This document shows, piece after piece, positions 1 through 13,000 of a DNA stretch of 64,000 nucleotides. Under the pieces are notes generated by a model, which saw only the letters and a list, made by a program, of their open reading frames with translations, was not told the DNA's origin and did no database searches. The stretch covers positions 806,001-870,000 of the forward strand of contig NW_027362943.1 of NCBI RefSeq assembly GCF_046119375.1, given 5' to 3'. A program made the position numbers and the translations under genes. How positions within the stretch are numbered: the first letter of the stretch is position 1; every line of letters starts with the position of its first letter. This DNA is from Phyllobates terribilis (Eukaryota).

Positions 1-487
1 CCTTATCTTAAGCAAAAATTGTATATACTAGCGAGGAAGCCACAGTGTCGCCAAACACTATGGAGAACTGAAGATGCAGTGCGATAGAAGGAGTATGTGG
101 CCCTCATCAAATAGACTTTGACAGTACTAGTGAGGAGTCATACCTATGCAACTCAGCCAGCGAGGTCCTCACAAATCAACTGGGAGCTGAGAGTAGCTCT
201 GAGGGGCCGTAGCGACACATCTCAACCCGTATGATCCCCACAGGTGATGATGGGCCTTCCCATAATAGTTTACTGGACTGTTGTGGCTTGTAACAAAAGT
301 TATATACTTTTACATGTAACCGGAAAGTTCCTGACTCTGCATAATGCAGAAGAAGCATTGATAAAGTATTGAAAAGTTTAGTTTTGGACTTTTGTCTCTC
401 TCATTCATCTCCTTAACGTCTGATGTGGACCTGCCAAGTACAAAAGCAGCATGCGGTCTGCAGATTTGGGCGATATGACACTGCCAA

Positions 488-504
488 ATATATACGTGTG
501 TGTG

Positions 505-537
<33 letters not shown>
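488..537. repeat. (TG)n/(TA)n microsatellite
   Basis: Dinucleotide run directly preceding the Tc1 terminus at 538. Confidence 0.9.
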
Positions 538-540
<3 letters not shown>

Positions 541-2378
541 TACAGACCAAAAGTTTGGACACACCTTCTCATTTAAAGATTTTTTTTGTATTTTCATGAG
601 TATGAAAATTGTACTTTCACACTGAAGGCATCAAAACTATGAAGTAACACATGTGGAATTATATACTTAACAAAAAAGTGGGAAACAACTGAAAATATGT
701 CTTATATTCTAGGTTCTTCAAAGTAGCCACCTTTTGCTTTGATGACTGCTTTGCACATTCTTGGCATTCTCTTGATGAGCTTCAAGAGGTAGTCACCGGA
801 AATGGTTTTCACTTCACAGGTGTGCCCTGTCAGGTTTAATAAGTGGGATTTCTTGCCTTATAAATAGAGTTGGGACCATCAGTTTGTTAAGGGAGGGCAA
901 TAACCCTTCACGGTTGACCAAGTGAGTGTCAAATTATTAAATTATTATGTTGATTGCAATCCACAGAAAACCAAACGGAAACAATGTTCTGTATTGGGAG
1001 GATTCAAAGAATCTCTGATCCCGTTTATTTTGCTTAGCATTTTATATTGTTTTGAGTATATCAAATAGCCAATCAACTCTAAAGCCATACTACAATACTA
1101 TTGGCTGACTGATGTTAGTTAATTATTACGGAAAACATATACATGGTCATATTATCATTGTTAGTTTGAAGCACTATGGAAATTTTACAAGGTCAAACTT
1201 GGCCTAAACAAGAAGTTAGATAACAGAGTGTCTGAAAAAATGTTCTCTTGAGAAAAGGTTAGTGTGACATAAGTTCTATTGTAAGAGAAAGAAAGAATGA
1301 ATGTTATGCAAGAAGTGATAATAACATGATTTTAAAGTGAGTAGACAAAATGGAGTTGTCCTAGCATGAGTTTCAATATGTCCTTTACAAGTTGTGTTGT
1401 GCATAAGTCTGGTGGATACACAGCTGATAGTCCTACTGAATAGACTGTTAGAATTTGTATTATGGCAAGAAAAAAGCATCTAAGTAAAGAAAAACGAGAG
1501 GCTATCATTGCTTTAAGAAATGAAGGTCAGTCAGTGCGAAAAATTGGGAAAACTTTGAAAGTGTCCCCCAGTGCAGTTGCAAAAACCATCAAGCGCTACA
1601 AAGAAACTGGCTCACATGAGGACTGCCCCAGGAAAGGAAGACCAAGAGTCACCTCTGCTTCTGAGGATAAGTTTATCCGAGTCACCAGCCGCAGAAATCG
1701 CAGGTTAACAGCAGCTCATATTAGAGACCAGGTCAATTCCATACAGAGTTCTAGCAGCAGACAAAATCTCTACAACAACTGTTAAGAGGAGACTTTGTGC
1801 AGCAGGCCTTCATGGTAAAATAGCTGCTAGGAAACCACTGCTAAGGACAGGCAACAAGCAGAAAAGACTTGTTTGGGCTAAAGAACACAAGGAATGGACA
1901 TTAGACCAGTGGAAATCTGTGCTTTGGTCTGATGAGTCCAAATTTGAGACCACCGTGTCTTTGTGCGACGCAGAAAAGGTGAACGGATGGACTCTACATG
2001 CCTGGTTCCCACCGTGAAGCATGGAGGAGGAGGTGTGATGGCGTGGGGGTGCTTTGCTGGTGACACTGTTGGGGATTTATTAAAATTGAAGGCATACTGA
2101 ACCAGCATGGCTACCACAGCATCTTGCAGCGGCATTCTATTCCAGTTGGACCATCATTTATTTTTCAACAGGACAATGACCCCAAACACACCTCCAGGCT
2201 GTGTAAGGGCTATTTGACCAAGGAGAGTGATGGGGTGCTACGCCAGATGACCTGGCCTCCACAGTCACCAGACCTGAACCCAATCAAGATGGTTTTGGGT
2301 GAGCTGGACCGCAGAGTGAAGGCAAAAGGGCCAACAAGTGCTAAGCATCTCTGGGAACTCCTTCCAGATTGTTGGAAC
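538..2378 (+). mobile_element. Tc1/mariner DD38E-family transposon, 3'-truncated and degenerate
   Basis: Starts xAGTACAGACCAAAAGTTTGGACAC, the same terminus as the 50740 copy. Transposase pieces: MARKKHLSKEK.. (ATG 1462), [22 protein letters not shown]. Has stops and frameshifts; no 3' TIR. Confidence 0.9.
885..1389. mobile_element. Probable solo LTR inserted in the Tc1 5' region
   Basis: 505-bp segment absent from the 50740 copy. Ends TGTTAAGGGA..TCCTTTACA (TG..CA, imperfect inverted ends). Flanked by AGTT at 881-884 and 1390-1393; the uninterrupted copy has a single AGTT. Confidence 0.7.
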
Positions 2379-2379
2379 T

Positions 2380-2916
2380 TTTTATATTTTTTACATTTTT
2401 TTAATATTTTTAAAACCTTTTTTTACACTTTTTGCTTGCTTCTATTGTCTCCATAGGAGACTAGAAGCAGCAACTGTCTGATTGCCTCTGCTACATAGAG
2501 GCGATGAGCAGATCACCTCTATGTAGCAGAAATGCTCCTGTGCTATTAGCGCCGACCACCAGGTGGCGCTCATAGCAATCTTTTCATGACAACCACTGGA
2601 GTCTGCTGCAGACCCCGGGTTGCCATGCCCACCCATCAGTGACCTGCGATCACATGACTGGGTCACCAATGGGCGGGGTAAGTGACACACTTCCAGTGCG
2701 GCCCTGTTAACTGCAACTGTCAGAGATTGACAGCGGCATTTAACTGGTTAACAGCCGCGGGTGGATCGAGATGCCACCCGAGGCTGTTGCGGGCACATGT
2801 CAGCTGTAAGAAACAGCTGACATGTGCCCGGTTCAGTGCGGGCTCAGCGCCGGAGCCCGTGATGAACCGGGGGTGATGGCCTGGGGCGTACTTATATGCC
2901 CCAGGCCAGTAAGTGG
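2380..2916. mobile_element. End of a non-autonomous TTAA (piggyBac-like) DNA element
   Basis: Ends AAGTGG|TTAA. Internal hairpin GCGGGCACATGTCAGCTG..CAGCTGACATGTGCCCG; similar CAGCTG-containing motifs occur near the end of the 46.4-49.0 kb element. Confidence 0.5.
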
Positions 2917-3124
2917 TTAAACGAGGAGTACTAACAATTTTGACCACGTGTAGCTCTATATTCATCCATACCACACAGTGTAGCATTAACTAGCCTGAGC
3001 TATCACTTGGATACCTATAGCTCGTATACAGTAGAAATAAAAGATTTCATTATCATGTCAGTTAAATTTCTTCTAAATCATAATTATTTCTGCTTTGACA
3101 ATCAATTTATTTTTTACAAAAGAG

Positions 3125-3400
3125 GGGAGTAAGTATGGGCAGCAAATTTTCACTGTCATTGGATTAATGTCCAAATGGAAGGAGCAACACCTTTACCATG
3201 ACAGCAAAATTTATAGCCCAAAAAATCATATGGTACGGTCGATTTATCGACAACCTCCTCCTGATGTGGGGAGGCACACAGGAGGAGGCGTTGAAATTTA
3301 CACAAAATCTCAACAACAATGATTTCAATTTGAGATTCACACTTTGTTTTGAAACCCCATAAAACACTGTACATGGAAATTTTGGTATCAAATAACTCCT
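3125..3400 (+). pseudogene. Penelope-like reverse transcriptase fragment
   Basis: Translates MGSKF.. then IIWYGRFIDNLLLMWGGTQEEALKFTQNLNNNDFNLRFT, matching RYIDDILLIWQGSVEDLQIFVQLLNTNNMNIHITF of the intact element at 19.3 kb. Confidence 0.75.
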
Positions 3401-3961
3401 GTCTTTGTGGTCTTACAAATAAGCTTTTATAAATGCCTCAAACTTCTTAGTGTGAATCAGACCTGAGATCTAACGTGATAGAAGATGACAGTCCGGTGAA
3501 GACGGGAAACATATAGACGGCCGGTGGTGATGTAGTCAGTGACTGACTCTGGCCAAATACGTTTATAGAGCTGTAGTGGAAGATGAAGATTTCGTCTTCA
3601 TCATAAAGTAGTTATTTCTCATGGGACGTGTAATCAATATCTCCTGCCGTATTGCTAATGCCGATTCCAGTGTTGGTGAATGAGATGAGAATTAGCAATA
3701 AGGAAGATGAGTCTATGAGAAAAAAACTGCTTGTTGTCTGTGGCCTAAAATATATAGGCGTTATTAGTAGATGTAAAGAAGAAAACTAGATACTGTAAAA
3801 CGTAAATCTCAAATGTTTCCCTTATGTCTAGTAATTGTATTATTACACAGGATTTTTATGATGTTACATCTGCTCAACTTCTCATTCAGGTATCTACAAT
3901 ATCGGATCCTCTCAGTGAATATCTTCTATATAAGAGAATTTTCCTGAATTACGCGTTAAAG

Positions 3962-4039
3962 ATGAATATGAACACGGACAAGATGGCTGAGAAAATATTA
4001 CACCTCACCCTAGAGATCCTCTTCCGGCTTACTGGAGAG
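3962..4039 (+). CDS. Gene 1 coding exon 1 ([26 protein letters not shown])
   Basis: 78 nt; donor GAG|GTGAGA; matches gene 2 exon 1. Confidence 0.82.
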
Positions 4040-7000
4040 GTGAGAGATTCTGATGACGTCACATTACATCATTCTTATCTATGGGAATAACAGATGGACA
4101 GAACTGGAGAGGTGAGGACTCTGGAAATATCTGTAGTGAGATTTATAAATGTGTCTCTCCGTAATCAGGATTACACAGTAGCGAAGAAGACCTCTAGTGA
4201 GCGCTGTCAGGACCATTTGTCTGAGGGATGGTGGGGAAGAACCCTGAGCCCAATCACGGAGCTTCCACCTCACCACCTGATAGATGAGGACATCAATGAC
4301 CAGAAGATCCTAGATCTCGCCTACAAGATGATTGAGCTGCTGACTGGAGAGGTGACACTGCTAGGAATGAGGATGCTGGAACATTTTATAGTAAAGCTAT
4401 GAAGGGATTGGGGGTATAACTCTATCATTGTGTGTGTCAGGTTCCTATAAGATGTCAGGATGTCGCTGTCTATTTCTCCATGGAGGAGTGGGAGTATTTA
4501 AAAGGACACAAAGATCTGTACAAGTATGTCATGATGGAGGTTCCCCAGCCCCTCACATCACCAGGTAATAGACAGGACTGAATACACATGGCCTATAATT
4601 GTCTATATGTAAAGAATGAATTCAGTCCCTGTATGTGCTTCCTCTAGATCTATCCAGTAAGAGGACAACATCAGAGAGATGTCCACGTCCTCTTCTTTCA
4701 CAGGACTGTAAACAAGAAGATCCCAATATTCCTCAGGATCATCAGGTACATGGAGAGAAGGTGTCATGAGATCTCTCCTGTGATGTGTATACGGCTGTGA
4801 AGGTCTTGTGTTCGGTCTTGTTTTATCCACCAGAATTATATGGTTTATACTTGTATAATGAGAATGGGGGAGATGGCTGGATTAGAGCTGATCATTAGTG
4901 ATGAGTGAGTGTATTCATTACTATTCGCACGGATAGTACGGTATTCAGGTACTTGTTATATTGCAAGTATTTGTGTACTCTCCTCGCTATATTCGAATGT
5001 CCCGCCCTGCAGTTTTGGCGCCTCCTTTGCAGCCACTAAACATGCTGGGCTTCATAACCAATCACAGTAATTCTTCAGACATCTTGGTTGTGGCATTACT
5101 GTGATTGGCTGGCCACCCAGCATCATAGGGTCTATATAAGCCCTGTCATCGCCATTTGGTGCACATTGCGTCTGGAGCCTGCATTCTATAAGCATAGGGA
5201 GAGATTGCTGAGCTGCTAGGGAGAGTGTTTAGGCCTCTTGATAAAACAAAAGCCCTTTTAAAGGCTACCTGCAATGTATACTAGTTCTGTGTTTAAAGGA
5301 ACCGCTCACTAGCTCCATAATACCATCAAAAAATAGCTCTTTTCAGAGCTCAAGACACACAACAAAGTCAGAGTACAAGGAGGGAGAGATTGTGTATTAG
5401 GTAGTGTTCTTCCAGTGTCCATATTAAAACAGCTCTTGTCAGAGGCAAAGCAATATTTTGCCATCACACACAGAAGTAGCATTTTGTGCTGCCTTTTTTT
5501 TTTTAGCACCGATCTATTTTCCCTGCTGTTTTATGGGTCAGAGCCTACCTTCTGTCCATATTAGTCCACTTAAAAAAAGTGTTTTGTGCCCTACACAAAG
5601 CAGTAGTCCAAACATTTGCTACTGACTGCTACAAAGCACGCACCAGGCCATTTTAACCACCATTTTTGGGGTGTCAGCCTGCCTTCTGTCCATATTAGTC
5701 CACTTAAACAATCATTGAGTGCCATACACAAAGCAGTAGTACAAACATTTCCTACTGCCTGCTACAAAGCACGCACCAGGCCATTTTAACCACTATTTTG
5801 GCTGTGACAGCTAGCTTGGCTTGTGCCATCAACATCTGAAATTCTGTCAGCAAAACCCAAAATGCCAAAAAAGACTGTTGTTAAGGGACGTGTCAGTGGT
5901 GCGCGAGAAGGCACTCAGTCTGTGTCAGGTCAGAAGAAGCTTGATGCATCCACTATGTTCCCGGAAAAATTTCCCGGTCTGGAACGTAAACGTGTGTGGA
6001 AGCCACAAGAGTGAGAGCAGATTCTGTCTTGGATAGCAGACAAGGCCTCTACGCGTTTGTCAAGCAGCAACAAATCTTCCACGACCACACCGTCTACTGT
6101 GGATACAGAAGGCTGGCCCATCCAATCCTGAAGCTGGTTCTCCTTCCTCCAACCATTATCAGTCACAGGACACATATGACCCCAAGCTTGGCCACTCCGA
6201 GGATCTGTTTGGTACGTATCCTTTGGTTGGCTCTGTGCAGCATTAAAGAGGGACAAGAGGAGGTGGCGTGCATTGATGCTTATGTATTTGAGGACCTATG
6301 GCCAGAAGAAAGACACTTGGCGGAACATCATTTTTTGTCTCCAGAGGTGGAGGCTGATGATGATGAGACACAGTTGTTATCAGGTCAGCCTACAATGTCA
6401 ACTGGGAAGGAGGATAAGATGGAAGACGAGGTAGTCGATGATGAGTCCACTGATCCGAGCTGGACCGTTGGCATGCATAGCCATGGCAGCAACACAGAGG
6501 AAGATGGATATGTAGCACCAACACAGGCACCAACGGGTCGTGGTTTGCTCAGAGTGAGAACTGGGTCATCTGTTCCCAAGAGCACCCCCGCTGTGCGCCA
6601 AGTCAGGGCAAGGGGGCGTTCAGCTGCTGTGTGGAATTTTTTTTCTGCAAGTCCTTCAGAGAAAAACATTATAGGCTGTAGCATCTGCCATACCAAGTTG
6701 AACAGAGGCCAGGGCAAAGGCAACTTACATGCTCACCATCCAAGGCTCAAGTTCGATGCTTGGAAACCTATTCAGGAGACTTAAATATAAAACAAAAGAC
6801 ATCAGCCCACCACCTGGATATAGGAGTACTACCGGACTAAGGCACCCTGAAGGAAAAGCCCCTCCAGAGAGGGGCCGCCCTCTGGGCAGCCAGTCTTTCA
6901 TACTCCAGAGAACATACCTTCACCAGGTCACCTAGCATGTTCCTACAAACTTCATCTGCACTTAGGATTTTACTCTGCATCGAAACTAAAACATGTGCGT

Positions 7001-10000
7001 TCCACGTGAAATACCTGACCACACTTAGTATGAATAAAGTGGTTCGGTCCCTTCTCCCAAGGTCTCCGAACGCTCCATAGGCCCACCCGGCATAGGACAA
7101 AGTAGCCAGCCGTGGCCAACCAATGGAAGCTTCCACCCTGTTGTACACCTCTGTATTAAAGGGACAATGAAGCAGGAAGTGCTCCATGCTTTCCAGCATG
7201 TTAGCACAAGCCTCACGGGGAGCAATTCCTGTCCTCGGAGCTCCTGTACTTCAAATTGCCCCTTACACACAGCTTACCTTGGAAGCAGCGCCAAGTCAAG
7301 TACCAGTACTTCTTGGGAATCCTGCTAGAATTTAACAAACTCAACCCAAACTCCAGATCCCGACTTGGGCAGTTCTTGAGGACCAATGGACTCTGAAAAT
7401 GAGAAAGCAAGACCCTCCTATCGAGGAGTTTCCTCGGGAGGGACCTCACCTCCCATATTCCCAGACCCCACCGGTGGATCATTTTTAGAAACGGGGTAAC
7501 ATAAGCCGGGAGATGCCCATGCAGTGTGCGAGGATCTTTCAATCTTCCCCCTGAAGATTGATGGCTGAAACCATCCCTTCCAGAGGTTTGCCACGTTCAC
7601 TTTCAAGAAGGTGTTCACCACCGGGTTCACCATATCCAACCACCCTAGTCTCCTCGTGCGGTAAGTGACCTCCCGCTTGACTAGGTTCAGTCTATTCGCC
7701 CATAGCATCTGGAAGAACAGACTGTAGACCCGTGTCCAGAGAGGCTTTGGCAAGACACAGACGCTGCCCAGGTAGATTAGCAAGGAGAGCAGGAAAGCTT
7801 TGCACAAGCCAACCCTTTCCCTCAGGCTCAAAGACCAACCCTTCCATTGGTCCATTCTCTGGGTGACACCTTTGATTCTGCCTTCCCAGTTTTTCTCTGG
7901 GTAATCACCCTTGATGAATTCAGTGCCCAGGACTTTGGCGTGTTCTTGGGGTTCGGGGAGGGTGTCCGGAAGAGCAAACCTGGGGTCTCCGCCTCCCAGC
8001 CAGAGATTTTCACACTTATCCTGGTTGACCTTGGACCTGGATGCCTCCGAGTAGCGCTCCACTTCTGACATCACCACCATTGCCTCCTCTTGCGAAGAAA
8101 CAAATACGGTGACATCGTCCACTTAGGCCACTACCCTCAAGATAGCCTCCGGCGCCGCCCTGCCCATCCGAACCCCTTCCAACGATCCACAATCGATCCT
8201 TCTGAGGAAGGGATCAATTGCAAAGGCGTAAAGCAAAGGGCTAAGAGGACAGCCCTGATGGACACCAGATCCTACCCTGAAAGGTTGTCCAATCCACCCA
8301 TTTGTTTCAATTGACATCTCTTGTGTTGGAGCCATAATTCATGTCAGTCCACTTGGTGCAACAGCTCTCCAAGGTGTGATCACTCCTTTTTAGATGCAGA
8401 CACCTGAGCATATCTAATTTGATGCAGGTGTTAGTTTTGTAAATGAAAATTTAGAGGGTGATTCCATAATTTTTTCCCTCTGCTTGGTCTGAAAAAAATT
8501 ACCCTTACTGAGTACCACATTTTTAATCTTGATTTCTTTTAGTGTTTCTTAAAGCCCTAAAGTTGCCATTTGAAATTACTTTAGTTTTGTGCCATGTCTG
8601 TGATCTTTTTTTCAACAACGTTAAACAACTGAATGAACATCCTCCAAGCCCGGTGATTCCATAATTTTTGCCAGGGGTTGTACAATGGAATCGTTCAAGA
8701 GGGCCGTTGTAGATCAATTGCTGAAAACATCACCCTCAGATAATGCTGGTGGCAGAGGTACCAGCTCTTTTCAACACCAAGGGATAATGGGGAGAAACAC
8801 TAACACCTGCTCTAACGGAAGTGGAGGGAAAATGTGCCCAAATTGGGCAGTTTTCAACAAACCAGCAAGGGCTATCTGTGCCTATAAAAATGCTAAGGAG
8901 GGATAAGTTGCAGAACATGGTCAAGGGTTACTTTAAGTGACCATACGTGTGTCCTTTCTGACGCTTCAGTTCCCTTTAATTATTGGGTGTCTAAGCTGAA
9001 CACTTGGCCCGACCTCTCTTTATATGCCTTGGAGGTGCTGGCCTGCCCGGTTGGTAGTGTGGTGTCTGAGCGTGTTTTCAGTTCCGCTGGGGAAATCATC
9101 ACTGATAGGCTCACCCGCCTCTCCACAGAAAATGCAGACAGACTTACTCTAATTAAATTCAACAAGGACTGGATATCTCCACAGTTTGTAATCCCTCCAG
9201 ATGACAGCAAGCCAACCTATATTCCCCAAAAATGCAGATTCATGCTACTGCTGTTAACGTCACCCCCTTCTCCTAAAAAACAGATTCCTTGCTTCGTCAA
9301 CCATGACTCAGCCCATAGGGCTAATTTTTACAAACTTTGCACATTGTGCAGTGGACAAACCAGGACAGTATTCCTACTCCAGCCTAACTACTATTTGCGA
9401 TTGGAGACCCTTGGGATGGTGGCTTCCTGCATCAACCATGACTCAGCCCATAGGGCTAATTTTTACAAATCCTATGCACATTGTGCAGTGGACAAATCTG
9501 GAATGTATATTGGTCCTACCAAACTAATATTTGTCATTGGAGGTTGGAGGCCCTTCTCACAGGTTGTGCCACATTGTGACTGAGATAGTAGTATATTTCT
9601 ATTGAATATGTACTCCCTGTCAGTCAACCTATTTGGCAGAAAACATGCCTGGCTTGTGCCACATTGTGACTGAGATAGGGGATACATATTCAATAGAAAT
9701 TTACACTGACCGTTGATGACCGACTCATGGCCCTCTGAAAATTTGAATTGAGGGCCACAACTACTACAGTACTCCATCGTAGATAATGTTTGACAAGGGA
9801 GGCCCTTGTCATGGAATCTCCCTGCACCTATGACACAGCCCCCAGGAGTAATTTTTGGAAGTATGATGCACATTCTGCACTGGATCAAGTAGTACAATAT
9901 CAAGAAGTCTTCTCTTCCTATATAATCTGGGGAATATTGACAATCAAAATTTCGGAGCCATTTGGAGAAGCTTCACCAACCCATCCTGGAGGGGAGCACC

Positions 10001-13000
10001 ATATATCCTTTGTCCATTGACTTGCACAAGTGATATATTTGAGCTCGTCATACAGTTAACTAGTGCAGCTTTATTTTTCTGGTTCACTAAGTTCTGCCAT
10101 ACCTGAAGATCGCAGGCCGTACTCACTGCTACCTTCTAGTACTCCATGTCTCTTGGCTTTTTTTTCTCTGTAGTCTCTGCCCCTAAATGAGTTAAATAAT
10201 ACAGTAAGGGCCCTACAATATGAGCAAGTGAGGGCACTCTCAGATGTACACGAGCAACCTCCAAAATCTCTAGAGTAGGGTATTTCAAAATGTATGTTAC
10301 AGGGCCACACAAGGGCTCTCACAAAACTCAGCTTTCCTGCCTACTGCAAGGCCTCTGAACATTTGAATTTAGGGCCGCAGTATCACATGGTGGTGGAGGA
10401 GGAGGAGGAGGAGGGTCAAGCCCAATGCTACAATGGGCACATTGTAAACTGCTATTGAATGTGTATTCCACTATCTGAGTGTCAATGATGGAGGGACCGC
10501 CCAAATGTCTAAGTAACAGCTGTCCCTCCAAATCGCATGTTACAGAGCCACCTGGGGCCTCTCAGGTCAAAGATCTACATACCTACTAAGGCTTTCTAGC
10601 TGTGCTTGTAAAGTGCTGGGGAATAGCGAACTGAAAAATGATTCATGACAGAGGGACCTACAAAATGTATAAGTCAGGGCCCTCCCAATTGTAAAAAGCG
10701 AAAAAAAGCCACAGCAGTATGTGTGAACAAAGGCTAAAATGGATATTTTTTGGGCTTCTCTGGTTTATTTAGCCTTATATACAAGTGATTGTGCAGGAAA
10801 AACTGTTTCTTAACCTTTTTGGCCTGTTAAATGCAATTTAGGTTAGGTTTGGTAGTTGTTCTTGTGTGTCTGTAAAAGTGGCGTAATACTGCGACAAACT
10901 TATTCCCAGAAACCATATGTGAGTCAGAAATGCATGCAGGCTCATTCTCCAGGCTCTTCTCATTCTGTTTCATCACTTTCCCATCCATTTCAGCCTTTTC
11001 CTCAGGCCCCCAGGCCCCTTTGTGTAGGGTCTAGCAGAAAATTACTCGCATTTCCCATTGACTTACAAAGTACTCGTTATGAGTATAGCGATTACGAATA
11101 TTACGGTACTCGCTCATCACTACTGATCATAGATGTGACTTCTCCATCTGTCTGTGACTTGTACAATATTTCTTTCAGGGTGAAGATCTGATCCATATTA
11201 ATACTACAGAGACATATGTGAGGGGTGATGAGCGTTGTAAAGAGGAGATTCCTGCAGATAACCATCCAGGTGAGTAGCAACCACTAAATGCAGAGAAGTC
11301 ACAGATTCTTCTCAGTCACAGGCTGTGGCTGGTTTACCGGTCATGTAGTCCAGCTGTATCACAATCGTGTGATCACCATTTTGCATCTATACCCAAACAT
11401 TCTCCTCCACCAAAAACTGTTCAAATTACTTTGGACATTAGAAAAGGAGTTTCATAGAACTTACAACCTGGAAAATCCAACTACCAACTGAAATTAGAAG
11501 ATCCTGACTCTTACCTGCCCAGGTCTGTAAACTACCAAGCCAAATGACAGTGTATGTAGAAAGTGCTGACAAGTTAGAAAATCACTTGAAGAAAAATATT
11601 ATGATGAGCCTGTAAGGGAAAGTAGAAGGTATTGATGCTGTTGGCTTCCTAGAACCTTGATATCTTATTAGATGAATATACCTTCTCTCCCTTCTGTGGC
11701 GCTGAATGTGCTCATATGGTCCCTATAAGACCAGGTCCTGTCTTTATGACCAAACCTCGCTTTTATGATCGGCAATATTAAACGTGCAGTGAGGGCCAAG
11801 TATGAATTTCTGTATAATAACAACGGAGTTTCCCTTTACCCTGACTTTTCAATTTCTTTTTAAACCAAATTACTTCAAATAGATAAAGTATACAAAAAAC
11901 ATTACACCTGTGCCATGACATATCTCTAAGCTGTGAGTGGCTGATGGCTGTAAAAAAAATGCATTCATGCCTGCAGGAGATATGTTGCCATGACTCGAGC
12001 CCTGGTTTCATGGATTCACTCCACGTCATAAATAATATTATCAATCCTAGAGAATTTAGATACAATTTATCCTAAAATGGGGAGCACTAATACTTTCTCT
12101 ACTCTTCTGGTCAGGACTCATAGTAGCTCCAATGGTCTACCATAAATAAGTGCAACTCTGGTTTAGTGTTGGATTTCTCTCCCCCCCCCCCTCCAAACAT
12201 ACATCCTTGTTGGGGATGTAATGTGTTTTTTTTATTCTGTCTTTTTTTTTACAGGTTCATTCTGTATGATAGTTTGATTGTGGTGGGATTGGCCTGCCTC
12301 ACTTAACTCTGTAATTCCCTGGTAGTCTTTCAAAAAAAGGTCTCCATTGTCTCTTCCAAATACCCGAGTTCTAAATTTAAGACATCTCAGCTCTGCACTA
12401 TTATAAAAAGTTCTCATTAAATGTATATTTCTTCTTGAGACTCATTTGGCAGAAAATATTGGCCCTTACTATACTGTATGTTAAATTGCCAGGAGCTACC
12501 AAGAAGCATACTCTAATTATCCCAGAGAGGTTTCACCACTAGTTACTCTCTCTCTCTCTTTTTTTTTTGATCTTTTCATTACATGTGTTATTGCTTATAG
12601 TCAAAGTTTTGCCCTACACCCTTTAACCCCTCTACATGGATCTGTACTTACACAAAGACCCTTAGGATTGGACTTAGTGTTGCCTGCTGTTCTGTGGTGT
12701 GACATGACAAGAAGAATAGTCAGGTTGCCGGATCAGAACCAGAAGGGAAGAGAAAATACAAAATCAGAAGACACAATAGTAGTCAGTAAATGGGCTGGGA
12801 TCACAAGAAGAAACGAAGAAGAAAATACACAACACGGGAGCTGAACACAGAAGACTTAACCAGCGGAGAACAGGGCTGTATCAGGCAGCTTCCAGCATTA
12901 TGCGTGAGCTTTAGTAGGGTGTGGTGCTTTCCATTTGAGTTAAGTAGGGAGCATATTTGATTTTGGAAGAGCGGATTTTGCTGGATTGGTTTATGGAAGC

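Larger units (their letters stand above)
4896..11122 (+). mobile_element. hAT DNA transposon (6227 bp, decayed) in intron 4 of gene 1
   Basis: TIRs TAGTGATGAGTGAGT / ACTCGCTCATCACTA. Perfect 8-bp TSD CTGATCAT at 4888-4895 and 11123-11130. Internal BED-finger and hAT dimerization-domain relics. Gene 2 shows the empty site. Confidence 0.92.

Noticed and set aside
1-480. Short ORFs 176-358 and 310-597
   Set aside because: No recognisable motifs or splice context; one overlaps a microsatellite and a TIR.
4094-4168. In-frame ATG and open frame in intron 1 of both ZNF genes (MDRT..), with a duplicate GAG|GTGAG donor in gene 1
   Set aside because: Only about 25 codons, explicable by shared ancestry; the donor is mutated in gene 2, and there is no expression evidence.
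5996-6784. 262-aa ORF as a host gene
   Set aside because: It lies inside the hAT TIRs, is a frameshifted BED-transposase relic, and runs into the Tx1 3' end.
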